Shown: positions 9,983 through 20,507, counted from the stretch's first letter. The stretch is DNA of 64,000 nucleotides from an uncultured Bacteroidaceae bacterium (GCA_944320955.1 CALUJL010000021.1:130516-194515), one strand, 5' to 3'. Numbers and translations: made by a program. The notes: generated from the sequence alone by a model not told the origin.

Positions 9983-10912
9983 TCATTTCAGGAAGAGCAC
10001 ATCGCCCACGCAGGGCACATAGTCGTCCGGGTCGAGCCCGTTCAGGTCATAGAGCGACTTCAGCCGCACGCCGTATATCTGCGAAATCGTGTGCATCGAG
10101 TCGCCCGGCCGCACCGTGTGGCGCTCGTATTGCGGAGAGCGCTTGTGCTTTTCGTGAAGATAGATGATGTCTCCCTCGGCCAGGTTGTAGCCTTTGTGCA
10201 AATCGTTGTATTTCCTCAGTTTCCGCTTGCTGATGTCGAACTCGTCCGACAGGTCGTCGAACGTATCGCCCCGCCGGGCTATCACGTAGACCAGCCCGTT
10301 CGAGAGATAAGTAACGTGTGCCGGACGCACTTCCTCCTTCTGTTTGCCAGGCTTCTTGCGCTTCTTCTTCGAGAAAGAGTCGTAGCGATATAGTTCGTAG
10401 GTTTCGATTATCGTAATCAAGCGGTTCGCATAGGAGGGATCTGTGGCGTATCCGGCTCTTTTCAAGCCGTGCGCCCAGCCTTTGTAGTCCGTCATGTCCA
10501 GACGGAAGAGCGCGGCATAGCGCGGATTGTCGCGCAGGAAGCGCGAATGGTCGCGATAGGATTCCTCCGGATGCCGATAGGCGCGGAAACACTCGTTGGG
10601 CGCGTCGTCCGTGCGCCGCACCGAGCGGCCTTTCCAGGCCCGCCCGCACTTGATACCGAAGTGATTGTTGGACGAACGGGCCAGCTCGCTCCGTCCCGCC
10701 CCGCTCTCCAGCAGCCCTTGTGCCAGTTTGATGCTGGCCGGGATATGGTATTCCTTCATCTGGTCTACGGCCAAATCCTCATACTTCTTGATATACTGCA
10801 AATAAGCCGAATTCCTGCGTTGTGCCCCTGCGGGGATCTGAACCAAGAAAACCAGGGAAAGAAACAAAATGGCCGGCAAGGCCAAACGGGAAAAAGCATA
10901 CATACGTTTCAT
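9983..10912 (-). CDS. Peptidoglycan hydrolase: N-acetylglucosaminidase (FlgJ/AcmA-type) domain plus two C-terminal LysM domains, with signal peptide
   Basis: Glucosaminidase motif (IPASIKLAQGLLESG..SNNHFGIKC) and two LysM repeats (TYLSNGLVYVIARRGDTF.., HTVRPGDSMHTISQIYG..). Start trimmed to MKRMYAF.. Confidence 0.75.
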   Translation of the reverse strand: MKRMYAFSRLALPAILFLSLVFLVQIPAGAQRRNSAYLQYIKKYEDLAVDQMKEYHIPASIKLAQGLLESGAGRSELARSSNNHFGIKCGRAWKGRSVRRTDDAPNECFRAYRHPEESYRDHSRFLRDNPRYAALFRLDMTDYKGWAHGLKRAGYATDPSYANRLITIIETYELYRYDSFSKKKRKKPGKQKEEVRPAHVTYLSNGLVYVIARRGDTFDDLSDEFDISKRKLRKYNDLHKGYNLAEGDIIYLHEKHKRSPQYERHTVRPGDSMHTISQIYGVRLKSLYDLNGLDPDDYVPCVGDVLFLK

Positions 10913-11060
10913 GATATGCACATAAATTTGAGTGTAAAAGTCAACAAAAAAAATGAGACTGCCACATTCTTTCACGTTTTCTTATACACTTTCGTATTTT
11001 TGTAGAAAAAAGAGCCAGAAGATTCTCCATAGCAAACTTGTTTCTTTTGCACTTGGATAG

Positions 11061-11068
11061 TATATTTG
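11061..11068 (+). promoter_or_regulatory. -7 box TAtaTTTG
   Basis: TAnnTTTG motif upstream of the 11195 gene. The long leader contains a degenerate copy of the GC-rich hairpin repeat. Confidence 0.3.
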
Positions 11069-11080
11069 CCGCAAGTTTCT

Positions 11081-11125
11081 GAAAAAGCTGCCCGGAAAAC
11101 GCAGAACAGTCCTGCCTGCCGCTGT
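11081..11125. repeat. Hairpin-repeat family, degenerate copy
   Basis: gaaaaagctgcccggaaaacgcagaacagtcctgcctgccgc. Confidence 0.4.
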
Positions 11126-11194
11126 GTCCAGCCCTACGGGAGCGACAAACAAAAGAACCGTGACTTCATGTTAAACCCTCAAATATTTTAAGCA

Positions 11195-11419
11195 ATGGAC
11201 ATTAACACGATTGGCCTAAATGCCGGTATCGTCTGGCGGTTGCTGGACGATAACAAAAGATGGGAGTACAACGATTTGAAAGCGGCTTCCGGGCTTTCCG
11301 ACCGTGACCTGAATGCCGCCATCGGATGGCTTGCCCGGGAAAACAAAATCCAATTCAGCACCGATCAGGAGAAAGGGAAGGAATATCTCTATCTGGAGCT
11401 GAACCTCTACATCGGATAA
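11195..11419 (+). CDS. Small winged-helix-like protein (hypothetical, DUF-type)
   Basis: 74-aa ORF with promoter-like motifs upstream. No specific family recognised. Confidence 0.45.
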   Translation: MDINTIGLNAGIVWRLLDDNKRWEYNDLKAASGLSDRDLNAAIGWLARENKIQFSTDQEKGKEYLYLELNLYIG

Positions 11420-11515
11420 AACACTCTGATCACTACGGCCCGACGAGAAACCGAATTGCCCGCAAGGCACGTTTCCGCCGGGCCGTCCTCTTCCAAGCCC
11501 AACCCTATCCGCCCG

Positions 11516-12001
11516 ATGGACACACACACGCTCGAAACAACCTACACCGGCTACGCCTCCCCCGAAGAGCTGCCCGCCGCCGACCGCGAACTCATCCGCC
11601 AGGCCATCGAAAGCACCGCGCGCAGCTATGCCCCCTACTCCCATTTCGCCGTAGGCGCCGCCCTGCGGCTGGAGAGCGGCACCGTGGTCTGCGGCAACAA
11701 CCAGGAGAACGCCGCCTATCCCTCCGGCCTCTGCGCCGAGCGCACGGCCCTCTTCTACGCCGGGGCCAACCATCCGCAAGAGGCCGTCAGCGCCCTGGCC
11801 ATCGCCGCCCGCGACCGGGAGGGACGGCTCACGCCGCAACCCGTTGTCCCCTGCGGGGCCTGCCGCCAGGTCATGCTGGAGACCTGCCTGCGCCAGGGCA
11901 CGCCCTTCCGCTGCCTGCTCTACGGCACGGAACGCATCCTCCTCATCCCCGACTGCCGGCAGCTGCTCCCCCTGGCCTTCACCGCCGAAGCCATGGGGTA
12001 A
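11516..12001 (+). CDS. cdd: Cytidine deaminase
   Basis: Zinc-binding motifs C(A)E..PCGACRQ; start trimmed to MDTHTLETTY. Confidence 0.8.
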   Translation: MDTHTLETTYTGYASPEELPAADRELIRQAIESTARSYAPYSHFAVGAALRLESGTVVCGNNQENAAYPSGLCAERTALFYAGANHPQEAVSALAIAARDREGRLTPQPVVPCGACRQVMLETCLRQGTPFRCLLYGTERILLIPDCRQLLPLAFTAEAMG

Positions 12002-12042
12002 TCACCCTCGCCTGCCGCAGCCGCGCCCCTACCGACAAGACA

Positions 12043-12122
12043 CAAAAGCGCTGCATGAATCCGAGAAAAGTCCAAGCACTTTCTGCAGATTCATGCAGCG
12101 CTTTTTGCGGAAAGTCCCGCAC
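12043..12122. repeat. Hairpin-repeat family copy containing a perfect 18-bp inverted repeat (12044-12061 / 12088-12105) that nests a smaller hairpin
   Basis: aaaagcgctgcatgaatc..(gaaaagtccaagcactttc)..gattcatgcagcgctttt; lies between convergent cdd and eamA. Confidence 0.6.
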
Positions 12123-12127
12123 CGGAC

Positions 12128-13030
12128 TCAGCGGCTGCCCAGATAGAGGAAAAACATGCCCAGCAGGACGAGCCCGAGGTCGACAGCCTTGCCGCGCAGG
12201 TTCTTCTCGTGGAAGAGCAGCGCCCCGCACAGGAAACTGACCACCACGCTGCTGCGCCGCACCATGGAGACTACGGAAATCAGCGCATCGTCGTAGCTCA
12301 GGGAATAGAAATATACGAAGTCGGCCGCCGAGAGGAACAGCGAAATCAGCGGGATGCTCCAGCGCCAGCGGAACGGAGTGCCCTGCCTGCGGCGCGGCCA
12401 CCACAGCAGGAAGAGCACCGCCGTCATCTCCAAGAGCTGGTAAAGATTGTACCACGACTGCACGAACAGCGGCTCCAGCCCGCGGGTGCCCATGAGGTAC
12501 TTGTCGTACAGCCCGCTCACCGCACCCAAGGCCGCGGCCAGTACCAGGAAGAGCACCCAGCGGTTGTGGCGGAAGTCGATACCCTCGCGCCGACCCGAGC
12601 GGCTCAGGAGGAAAAACGAGAGCACGGCCAGCCCCACGCCGGCCCACTGGTAGCCGTTGAGCCGCTCGCCGAAGACGAGCAACGCCCCCACCAATACCAT
12701 GACCGGGCGCGTGGCATTGACGGGGCCCACTATGGTCAGCGGCAGATGCTTCATGGCAAAGTAGCCGAAAATCCAGGAGGAAAGCACGATGAGCGACTTC
12801 AGGATCACACAGAGATGCGCCTCCCATCCGGCCTCTCCCATGTGGAAAAAGCCGCCCCCGCCCAACCGGCCTGCGGCAGAAAGCAGGATAAAGGGGAGAA
12901 AAACCAGCGTAGAAAACAGCGTGTTGAGCGTCAGGACGGGAATCACCGCGTTCCCGCCGAGCGACTGCTTCTTGCTGACATCGTAGAAGCCCAGCAACAC
13001 GGCCGAGCAAAATGCAAGGATTAACCACAT
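12128..13030 (-). CDS. EamA/DMT family transporter
   Basis: 10 TM helices with duplicated EamA-like halves. Confidence 0.7.
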   Translation of the reverse strand: MWLILAFCSAVLLGFYDVSKKQSLGGNAVIPVLTLNTLFSTLVFLPFILLSAAGRLGGGGFFHMGEAGWEAHLCVILKSLIVLSSWIFGYFAMKHLPLTIVGPVNATRPVMVLVGALLVFGERLNGYQWAGVGLAVLSFFLLSRSGRREGIDFRHNRWVLFLVLAAALGAVSGLYDKYLMGTRGLEPLFVQSWYNLYQLLEMTAVLFLLWWPRRRQGTPFRWRWSIPLISLFLSAADFVYFYSLSYDDALISVVSMVRRSSVVVSFLCGALLFHEKNLRGKAVDLGLVLLGMFFLYLGSR

Positions 13031-13037
13031 ATCGTCT

Positions 13038-14429
13038 TTATTCTATATCAGGAGAGAGTACCTCTTCCGGCACGAGGCGGAAGAGCAGGATGCGGCGCGT
13101 GGAAGGAGTGAGGCAGAAGGGCTGCGCCGGACGCAGGCCCACGACCCAGGCTATGCGGTCGCCATCGGCAAGCAACGGCTGCAGCGCCTTGCGGCGGCGG
13201 TCCAGCTTGCGGTCCGTGAGATAGTCGCTCACGAGCTTGGAACCGCGCATCCCGAAGGGCCGGAAGCGGTCGCCCCCGCGGGGCGTGCGGAGCACAAGGC
13301 CGCCTGCCGCCCGGAACGCATCGGCATCGGCACAGAACACATCGGCCCGGCGGGGAATCTCGAAGCCGTCCGGCCGGGGGAACTGCTCCCACACCAATTT
13401 CTGCCGCAGCCCGAAAGCCTGCAGCGAAAGGAAACCGGGGGCAGTGCAGTCAATCGTTGCCGCAGCCTGCTCCCCGCCGCGCGGATGGAGCAACAGCGCA
13501 CCGCGGTCGCGCAGCACTTCCCACTCCGCGGCGCAGACGCACACTCCAGACTGCCCGGCGCGCAGGAGAGCCTCCTCCTGCGCCGGCGTGAAGCCATAGG
13601 GTGCCAGTATCTCGTGGAGCAAGGCCCCGGGCGAGGGGAAACGGCCCAATGCGTCGAGCGCGATTCGGTGGCCGTCGAAAACCTCGGGCACCGCCCGGTC
13701 AACAGCAGCCCGATAGACGGCCTCGGCCTCGGCCAGCCGCTCGGCCGTGGCAGCCAGCGTGGCGCGCACGGAGGGGTTTATCTGCTCCATGAGCGGGAGG
13801 AGGCGGAGGCGCACTTCGTTGCGCCGGCAGTCGGGCAGCAAGTTGGTGGAGTCGGTCACGTAGTCCTGCCCCAAGGCTTGCAGATAAGCCTCGATATCGG
13901 CACGGCTGAGGCACAGCAGCGGGCGGACAACCCACCCGTTGCGCGGGCGGATGCCGCACAAGCCGCGCAGGCCGCTCCCGCGCAGGAGGTTGAGCAGGAG
14001 CGTCTCGGCAGAGTCTTCCTCGTGATGGGCCACGCAGATGCAGGCTGCCTCCCGCGCCCGGCGCAGTTCCCCGAACCAAGCGTAGCGCAACCGGCGGGCC
14101 ACCATCTCAATAGACTCACCGCAGCGCGCCGCTTCGGCCCGCGTGTCGAACGAGCGCACGTGCAGCGGCACTCCAAGCTGCCCACACAAATCGCGCACAA
14201 ACTGCTCGTCGCGGTCGCTCTCTGCGCCGCGCAGATGGAAATTGCAGTGTGCCGCCTCCAGCCGACAGCCCAGCCGGAGCAGCAGGCGCAGCAGGCATAC
14301 GCTGTCGGCCCCGCCGCTCAAGGCCACGAGCAGCAGGCCGTCGGGGAACAAGGCTTTGCGCCGGATGAAATCGCGCACCCGTGACTCGGTATGCAGCAAC
14401 ACGCGTTTTCCTCCATTCTCCTGTATCAT
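13038..14429 (-). CDS. tilS: tRNA(Ile)-lysidine synthetase
   Basis: PP-loop SGGADS motif (LVALSGGADSVCLL) plus TilS C-terminal domains. Confidence 0.8.
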   Translation of the reverse strand: MIQENGGKRVLLHTESRVRDFIRRKALFPDGLLLVALSGGADSVCLLRLLLRLGCRLEAAHCNFHLRGAESDRDEQFVRDLCGQLGVPLHVRSFDTRAEAARCGESIEMVARRLRYAWFGELRRAREAACICVAHHEEDSAETLLLNLLRGSGLRGLCGIRPRNGWVVRPLLCLSRADIEAYLQALGQDYVTDSTNLLPDCRRNEVRLRLLPLMEQINPSVRATLAATAERLAEAEAVYRAAVDRAVPEVFDGHRIALDALGRFPSPGALLHEILAPYGFTPAQEEALLRAGQSGVCVCAAEWEVLRDRGALLLHPRGGEQAAATIDCTAPGFLSLQAFGLRQKLVWEQFPRPDGFEIPRRADVFCADADAFRAAGGLVLRTPRGGDRFRPFGMRGSKLVSDYLTDRKLDRRRKALQPLLADGDRIAWVVGLRPAQPFCLTPSTRRILLFRLVPEEVLSPDIE

Positions 14430-14471
14430 CCGTCGAAATCTATCTGTTTTTCTTATATGAAGCACTGCTGG

Positions 14472-15293
14472 CTACACCAGCCGGATACCGCTGAGATTAC
14501 GCCCGGTCTGCGGCCCTTGCCGGCGGACCGAGTAGCAGCGATGGTCGGCATAGCTGCACACCGGACAACGCTCTATCTGCTCCTCCGGGACTCCCATTCC
14601 GGCCAGATCGGACACCACGGCTTCCTGCAGCGAAATATGCCAGCGGAAATAGCACTCCCCCTCATCGGTCAGCTCCATCTTGTGCAGGGCCAGCCGCTCC
14701 ATCTGGAAACCGGCCCGGGAAAAAGCATCGTACACCTCGTTGCCGACCTCGAAGTGACGGCCGGAGATGCACGGCCCGAAAGCTACCCGCACCTCGCGCG
14801 GATCAGTATGATAGCAGCGCTGCATGGCCTGAAGCAGAAGGCCGGATATGTGGGCCACCGTGCCCCGCCACCCGCTGTGGGCTATGCCGACGGCCCGATG
14901 CACGGGGTCGTAGAAGAAGACCGGCAGGCAGTCGGCCGTCGTGACGCAAAGGAAACAACCGCTGAGGCCGGTGATCAGTCCGTCGACTCCCTCCAGTTCT
15001 GCCCGGCGGGAAGCCTCGCCCAGGCGCATAAAGCACTCGTCCACACAGAGGATGCGCGTCCCGTGGACTTGATGGGGAATCAGGAAATCCGCCTCCGCCG
15101 CATGTAAATGCCCGGCCAGCAAGGCCCGGTTCTGCCCGGAGGCTGGATCGGGGACAAAAGGGGAACAATTAAAAAAAGAATAGGGAGAGGAACTTACTCC
15201 GCCGTAGCGGGTCGTAATGAACGTTTCGATGGCACTTCCGGAGAAAACAGAAGGCTGCGGGAAGAAAGGAGGCATCGCGGATTCGTTCTCCAT
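14472..15293 (-). CDS. pgeF: YfiH/PgeF family (purine nucleoside phosphorylase / peptidoglycan editing factor, LACC1-type)
   Basis: Conserved HQVHG..C..H motifs of the DUF152/YfiH family. Confidence 0.75.
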   Translation of the reverse strand: MENESAMPPFFPQPSVFSGSAIETFITTRYGGVSSSPYSFFNCSPFVPDPASGQNRALLAGHLHAAEADFLIPHQVHGTRILCVDECFMRLGEASRRAELEGVDGLITGLSGCFLCVTTADCLPVFFYDPVHRAVGIAHSGWRGTVAHISGLLLQAMQRCYHTDPREVRVAFGPCISGRHFEVGNEVYDAFSRAGFQMERLALHKMELTDEGECYFRWHISLQEAVVSDLAGMGVPEEQIERCPVCSYADHRCYSVRRQGPQTGRNLSGIRLV

Positions 15294-15299
15294 AAGGCA

Positions 15300-16460
15300 C
15301 TACTCCTCGTCGGCCCCGTCGACATCCGCCTCTTCCTCATCCACGTATTCGAAATCGAAGTCCTCGTCTTCACCCTCCAATGCCAGTTCTTCGGCCAGGG
15401 AGGCTGCCAGCTTGGGACGGTGTACCAGACGGTCTATGTGTTCCGCCGGAGCAGCCTGCAACTTGTTTTCCTCTTTCACCAGCTCGCGCCACAGCAAATC
15501 TTTCAACTCCTGCAGATGGAACTGCGCCACGGAAGAGATAAACACATGGGGCACATCGGGAAGAGTCGGCTCTATGGCCTCCATGAGCTCCTCGTCGAGC
15601 ATGTCGCTCTTCGTAATGGCCAGGATGCGCTGCTTCTCCAGCATGTCAGGATTGAAATTTTCCAGCTCGCGAAGCAGGATACCGTACTCCTTGGCAATAT
15701 CGTCGCTGTCGGCCGGCACCATGAAGAGCAACACCGAGTTGCGCTCGATGTGGCGCAGGAAGCGAAGCCCCAGCCCCTTTCCCTCGCTGGCCCCCTCGAT
15801 GATGCCGGGAATGTCGGCCATGACGAACGACTGCCCGTCGCGATAGGAAACAATGCCGAGGTTCGGCTCCATAGTGGTGAAAGGGTAATCGGCAATCTTG
15901 GGCTTGGCGGCCGAAAGAGTGGAGAGCAGTGTCGACTTTCCGGCATTGGGAAACCCGACCAGCCCCACATCGGCCAGCAGTTTCAGCTCCAGGATGATCG
16001 TCATCTCCTGCATCGGCTCGCCCGGCTGTGCAAAGCGGGGAGCCTGCCGCGTGGCGGTGCGGAAGTGCCAGTTGCCCAACCCTCCCCGTCCGCCACGCAG
16101 GAGGATGACTTCCTGCCCATGCTCGGTCACATCGCAGATATACTCGCCCGTCTCGGCATTGTAGACCACTGTGCCGCAAGGCACTTCTATTATTTTATCC
16201 TCGCCGTCCTTGCCGAAACAACGCGCGCTCCCGCCGTTGCCGCCGTGCGTGGCAAAGGCATGGCGGGCATAGCGCAAGTGGAGCAAGGTCCAGTAGTTGC
16301 GGTTTCCACGCAGGATGACGTGTCCGCCACGCCCGCCGTCGCCTCCGTCCGGGCCTCCGTTGGGCACGAACTTCTCGCGACGCATGTGGGCAGAACCCCG
16401 TCCGCCCTTACCGGAGCGGCAATAGATTTTCACATAGTCTACGAAGTTGGATTCTGGCAT
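15300..16460 (-). CDS. obg: GTPase Obg
   Basis: Glycine-rich Obg fold N-terminus (GGRGG..), G1 box GFPNAGKST, and an acidic C-terminus. Confidence 0.9.
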   Translation of the reverse strand: MPESNFVDYVKIYCRSGKGGRGSAHMRREKFVPNGGPDGGDGGRGGHVILRGNRNYWTLLHLRYARHAFATHGGNGGSARCFGKDGEDKIIEVPCGTVVYNAETGEYICDVTEHGQEVILLRGGRGGLGNWHFRTATRQAPRFAQPGEPMQEMTIILELKLLADVGLVGFPNAGKSTLLSTLSAAKPKIADYPFTTMEPNLGIVSYRDGQSFVMADIPGIIEGASEGKGLGLRFLRHIERNSVLLFMVPADSDDIAKEYGILLRELENFNPDMLEKQRILAITKSDMLDEELMEAIEPTLPDVPHVFISSVAQFHLQELKDLLWRELVKEENKLQAAPAEHIDRLVHRPKLAASLAEELALEGEDEDFDFEYVDEEEADVDGADEE

Positions 16461-16499
16461 GGCTCAGCTCAGTCGATAAAAAGGTATAACGGAAAAAAC

Positions 16500-17066
16500 T
16501 TATTCCTCAATGGCAGCACAGATGTCGGCGAAGATGCGCTCCAGCTCGCCCAGGCCATTGATGTGGCGATAGATGCCTTCTTTTTTATAAAAATCCTTCA
16601 GCGGGGCGGTCTGCTCATGGTAAACGGCAAGACGCTTCTTGATGGTCTCTTCATTGTCGTCGGCGCGACCGCTGATTTGCCCACGCTTGATGAGCCGGTC
16701 CATCAGCTCATCTTCCGGAACTTCCAAGTCGAGCATCACACTCACCCCTTGATTCCGCTCCTGGAGCATACGTTTCAGCGCTTCGGCTTGGGGAATCGTG
16801 CGGGGGAAGCCGTCGAAGATGACACCTTTGCTGTCCTCGAAACTGTCGAACACGGAGGCCAGGATATTCACCATCAACTCGTCAGGGATAAGCTGTCCCT
16901 GGTCGATATAGGACTTGGCGGTCTTGCCCAATTCCGTGCCGTTCTTGATTTCCGCACGCAGCACATCGCCGGTAGAGATGTGGTTCAACTGATATTTTTC
17001 TACGATTTTCTCACTCTGGGTGCCTTTGCCCGAGCCGGGAGCACCGAAGATTACAATATTCAACAT
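16500..17066 (-). CDS. adk: Adenylate kinase
   Basis: MLNIVIFGAPGSGKGTQS P-loop and LID region. Start set at the internal ATG 17066. Confidence 0.9.
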   Translation of the reverse strand: MLNIVIFGAPGSGKGTQSEKIVEKYQLNHISTGDVLRAEIKNGTELGKTAKSYIDQGQLIPDELMVNILASVFDSFEDSKGVIFDGFPRTIPQAEALKRMLQERNQGVSVMLDLEVPEDELMDRLIKRGQISGRADDNEETIKKRLAVYHEQTAPLKDFYKKEGIYRHINGLGELERIFADICAAIEE

Positions 17067-17089
17067 ACTCTTCTTTTGTTTGTTTGTCT

Positions 17090-17635
17090 CTATTCGTTTG
17101 TCAGTGTATATATGCCGGGCAGATTGCGCCCGTAGCCCTCGTAGTCCAGGCCGTAGCCTACTATAAAGTCGTTCGGAATGCAAAACAGCGGATAATCCAC
17201 CAAGAGATCCACCTTCAGGTTGCCCGGTTTGAGGAAAAGTGCTGCGATATGCACCTCTGCCGGATGATACCCGGCCAGAAGCCTCAGCATCCGCTGCATC
17301 GTAAGGCCCGTGTCGATGATATCTTCCACGATGACCACTGTCTTTCCCCCCAGCTCTTCGGAGAGGCCTATCAGCTCGTCGACGCGACCCGTCGATGCGG
17401 TACCACAATAAGAGGCCATCTTCACAAAACTCACACGAGCCGGGAAATCCAGACTGCGCAGCAAGTCGGCCGCAAAAACGAACGAACCGTTCAGAATGCA
17501 GACGAACACCGGATCTTTTCCCCGCAGGTCGCGACTGACGGCAACTGCTGCTTCTTCCACCCGCTTGCGGATCTCCTCGGGAGAAAACGTCTGCTCAAAT
17601 GTCTTGTCGAGAATGCGTACCCGTCTGTCCATCAT
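17090..17635 (-). CDS. hpt: Hypoxanthine phosphoribosyltransferase
   Basis: PRTase motif VVIVEDIIDTGLT. Confidence 0.85.
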   Translation of the reverse strand: MMDRRVRILDKTFEQTFSPEEIRKRVEEAAVAVSRDLRGKDPVFVCILNGSFVFAADLLRSLDFPARVSFVKMASYCGTASTGRVDELIGLSEELGGKTVVIVEDIIDTGLTMQRMLRLLAGYHPAEVHIAALFLKPGNLKVDLLVDYPLFCIPNDFIVGYGLDYEGYGRNLPGIYTLTNE

Positions 17636-17646
17636 ACCCAACCCGC

Positions 17647-18777
17647 CTATTTCTCCGCCTCGTCCTGCCATACCTTCAGCAAGGAGCCGTCTTCGGGATT
17701 GAAGAGGACGTGGAAAGTAGCTTTCTTGTCAAACAGTTCATTCAACAATACGTCTGTATTCCCCAACTGGGCTATCTTGTACTCGGCAGCGAAGAGATCG
17801 CGCTGCGGCGTATAGACGGCAAAATCCACACGCTCGGGAACGTTGTAGACCACACCTTCCATCAGCTGCGACTCACCCTTACGGGCCCGCTTCTCGGCTT
17901 CTTTCTCCATCTTCTCCACGCGCTTGCGCTCTTCTTCCGTACGCGGCGTCTTGTCCGGCACGGTATGCTGGCTCACAAGACTGTAGTAGACAGGCTCGCC
18001 GGCCAGATTGTCGGCATCCACCACGCCCAGTTTCCGGGAAAAGCGGAAAAGCACGTCTTCGTCCACCTCGGCATCCGGCTCCACGATAAAGGAGAACTGC
18101 CTGACTTCTTCCTCCGTCGTACCGCAGAAAACGGATGTCAACGCAGCCTCTTGCTCCTCCAGTTGCTGCATGATGAGCTGCATGGAGGCTCCGTCCTGAG
18201 GCATATTTTCCAGTTCTCCGCGGGTCATATCGTTGCGTTTCTCGCGTATCTGGTAAATCTCGTCGGCTATCAAGCGCGCCGTGGCCATGGCCGAGGAGGC
18301 GCGTATGATGTCCTCCGTATAATAGTCCTCCGGCGAGAGTTTCTTCCGGGGCTTCGTCTTCAGCGGCTCGGGAGCAGAGGCGGGAGCATAATCCTGCCGG
18401 TCATTGATGGCCAAGAGCAGGCCATCGGGCGAGAGTTGTGCCCGCGAAGTGCTGCTCTTCTCCGTCAGAGTAATGTAGAAAGCCTTCCGGGGGTCAGGCA
18501 CGGCCACACAGCGGGCTTCCACTTTCTGCAGCTCCCAGCTGACTGAACTCTCGGGCCTGACGTCAGACAAGCGCAGATACTCCTCGGCATAACGGCAATA
18601 TTCGCCCGGGGTATAAGTACGCTTGACGGCCGTCACCGTGATGCGTATCTGGTTGCGCGGCAACATATAGGTGATTCCCTCCGTCTGGGCCTTGTCGCTC
18701 CCGTAGGCGGAGACCTCGGTCTGCGCCTGCAAGGCACACGAGCACAGCAGCGCTGAAACGATGAGTAAGTTCTTCAT
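17647..18777 (-). CDS. Secreted/lipoprotein of unknown function (Bacteroidetes-conserved DUF-type)
   Basis: Signal peptide MKNLLIVSALLCSCALQAQ. No catalytic motifs recognised. Confidence 0.45.
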   Translation of the reverse strand: MKNLLIVSALLCSCALQAQTEVSAYGSDKAQTEGITYMLPRNQIRITVTAVKRTYTPGEYCRYAEEYLRLSDVRPESSVSWELQKVEARCVAVPDPRKAFYITLTEKSSTSRAQLSPDGLLLAINDRQDYAPASAPEPLKTKPRKKLSPEDYYTEDIIRASSAMATARLIADEIYQIREKRNDMTRGELENMPQDGASMQLIMQQLEEQEAALTSVFCGTTEEEVRQFSFIVEPDAEVDEDVLFRFSRKLGVVDADNLAGEPVYYSLVSQHTVPDKTPRTEEERKRVEKMEKEAEKRARKGESQLMEGVVYNVPERVDFAVYTPQRDLFAAEYKIAQLGNTDVLLNELFDKKATFHVLFNPEDGSLLKVWQDEAEK

Positions 18778-18898
18778 TTTGACAAAATTTCCGCTTTTCC
18801 CCGCAAATGTAAGGCTTTTCCCAAAAAGTGCCTGCACTTTCGGCCGGGAAATGCAGGGCGCGCCCCCAAAAAGTGCAGCGAAATATGCACAACGCCCA

Positions 18899-20428
18899 TC
18901 AGGCCTCCAATTCTTCCCATGCCCGGGGAAGGAAACGGACGAGGTCGGAAGCCGTCATGCCGCGCATTCCCACCTCGCGGGCTGCCAGGTCGCCGGCCAG
19001 CCCGTGAAGATAGACGCCCAGAAGAGCCGCCTCACGAGGGGCATAGCCTTGTGCCAGGAGGGAGAGCAGGACGCCTGTGAGGACATCGCCGCTGCCCGCG
19101 GTGGCCATGCCGGGATTCCCCGTCGTATTGAAGTGCACGGAACGGTCGGGAAAGATTGTGGCCGTATAAGCACCCTTAAGGACTATGAGCACATGTGTGG
19201 CCTGCGCCAGTTCGCGAGCCATCTGCAGGCGTGCATAAGCGTTCTGGCAGTCGCCCAAGATACGCTCCAGCTCCTTGGGGTGAGGCGTGAGGATTGTGCC
19301 GGGCGGCAGCTTCCGCAGCAGAGGCAGCCGCCGGGCTATGAGATTGAGCCCGTCGGCATCGACCACCAAAGGTTTCCCCCGCGGCATGGCGGCGAACAGG
19401 TCGGCCAAAGCCTCTGCCGTCTCCTCTTCCAGTCCCAGCCCCGGCCCCACGGCCACGGCATTGTACATCTCCACCTCGGGGACACAACTGAAGCAACTCT
19501 CCGAGGGATCCACGGAGAGCACTGCCTCCGGCCTCCCCGCCTGTAAGACGGCGATATTGGCCCCCGGCGTGTGCACCGTCAGCTTACCCAGCCCCGAGCG
19601 CAACGCCCCCCCCGCAGAGAGCAAGGCAGCGCCTGCCATGCCGCGGCTGCCGCTGACGAGCAGGCCGTGGCCCTGTGTCCCCTTATGGGCAAAACGGGAG
19701 AGTGGACGCACGAGAGCCTTCAGTTCTTCACGCTCGACCAGGCTGTAGGGCGTGTCGAGGATACGGATGGCCTCCGGACTGAGGCGTATGTCGAGCACCT
19801 CCCACTTGCCCAGGAAAGCAGCCGTCTCAGGGAAGAAGAAACAGAGTTTGGGATGTTGGAAAGTAAAGGTATAGGAAGCCTTCACGATGTGTTCCGGGTC
19901 ATTATCCGTATTGTCCTCCGCCATCAGGCCTGAGGGCAGGTCGATGGAAACTATCGTAGCCCCCGTATGGTTCAGGAACTTCACGATGGCAGCAAAAGCC
20001 CCGCCCAGCGGGCGCGACAAACCTGTCCCGAAAAGGCCGTCGACGACGAGCATCTCCCCGTTAATATAAGGAAGGTCGAACCTCACCCCCTTCTCTACCT
20101 CGACAAACTGCCGCTTCGAGGTACGGCTGCGCAGGAATTCGCGGTTGGCCGCACAAGAAGGGCTGAGCCGCCCTCCGGGATTGAACAGATAGGTGCACAC
20201 CGAGGCGAAACCCGCATCTTGCAGCAGCCGCGCCACGGCCAAGGCATCTCCTCCGTTGTCCCCCGGTCCGGCAAAGACATGCACCGGCATCTCCCGAGGG
20301 AAGCGTTCCTTAATTTCATGAGCAAAAGCCGCCGCCGCCCGCTCCATCAGGTCGAGCGCCGAAACCGGCTCGTTCTGAATCGTATACTGGTCGATTTCGC
20401 GTATCTGTTCGACTTCAAATATCTTCAT
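18899..20428 (-). CDS. nnr: Bifunctional NAD(P)H-hydrate repair enzyme (epimerase + ADP-dependent dehydratase)
   Basis: YjeF-N motif GPGDNGGDALAVARLL and a C-terminal carbohydrate-kinase-like domain (GxGDVL). Confidence 0.8.
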   Translation of the reverse strand: MKIFEVEQIREIDQYTIQNEPVSALDLMERAAAAFAHEIKERFPREMPVHVFAGPGDNGGDALAVARLLQDAGFASVCTYLFNPGGRLSPSCAANREFLRSRTSKRQFVEVEKGVRFDLPYINGEMLVVDGLFGTGLSRPLGGAFAAIVKFLNHTGATIVSIDLPSGLMAEDNTDNDPEHIVKASYTFTFQHPKLCFFFPETAAFLGKWEVLDIRLSPEAIRILDTPYSLVEREELKALVRPLSRFAHKGTQGHGLLVSGSRGMAGAALLSAGGALRSGLGKLTVHTPGANIAVLQAGRPEAVLSVDPSESCFSCVPEVEMYNAVAVGPGLGLEEETAEALADLFAAMPRGKPLVVDADGLNLIARRLPLLRKLPPGTILTPHPKELERILGDCQNAYARLQMARELAQATHVLIVLKGAYTATIFPDRSVHFNTTGNPGMATAGSGDVLTGVLLSLLAQGYAPREAALLGVYLHGLAGDLAAREVGMRGMTASDLVRFLPRAWEELEA

Positions 20429-20499
20429 TTCTACCCAAAAATAGCCCGTTTTTCTGCGCAAAGGTAGCCATATCTATTGGAAATACGGATAAATGAAGC

Positions 20500-20507
20500 T
20501 ACATTTG
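20500..20507 (+). promoter_or_regulatory. -7 box TAcaTTTG upstream of the POT transporter gene
   Basis: TAnnTTTG motif 30 nt upstream of the ATG at 20537. Confidence 0.35.
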
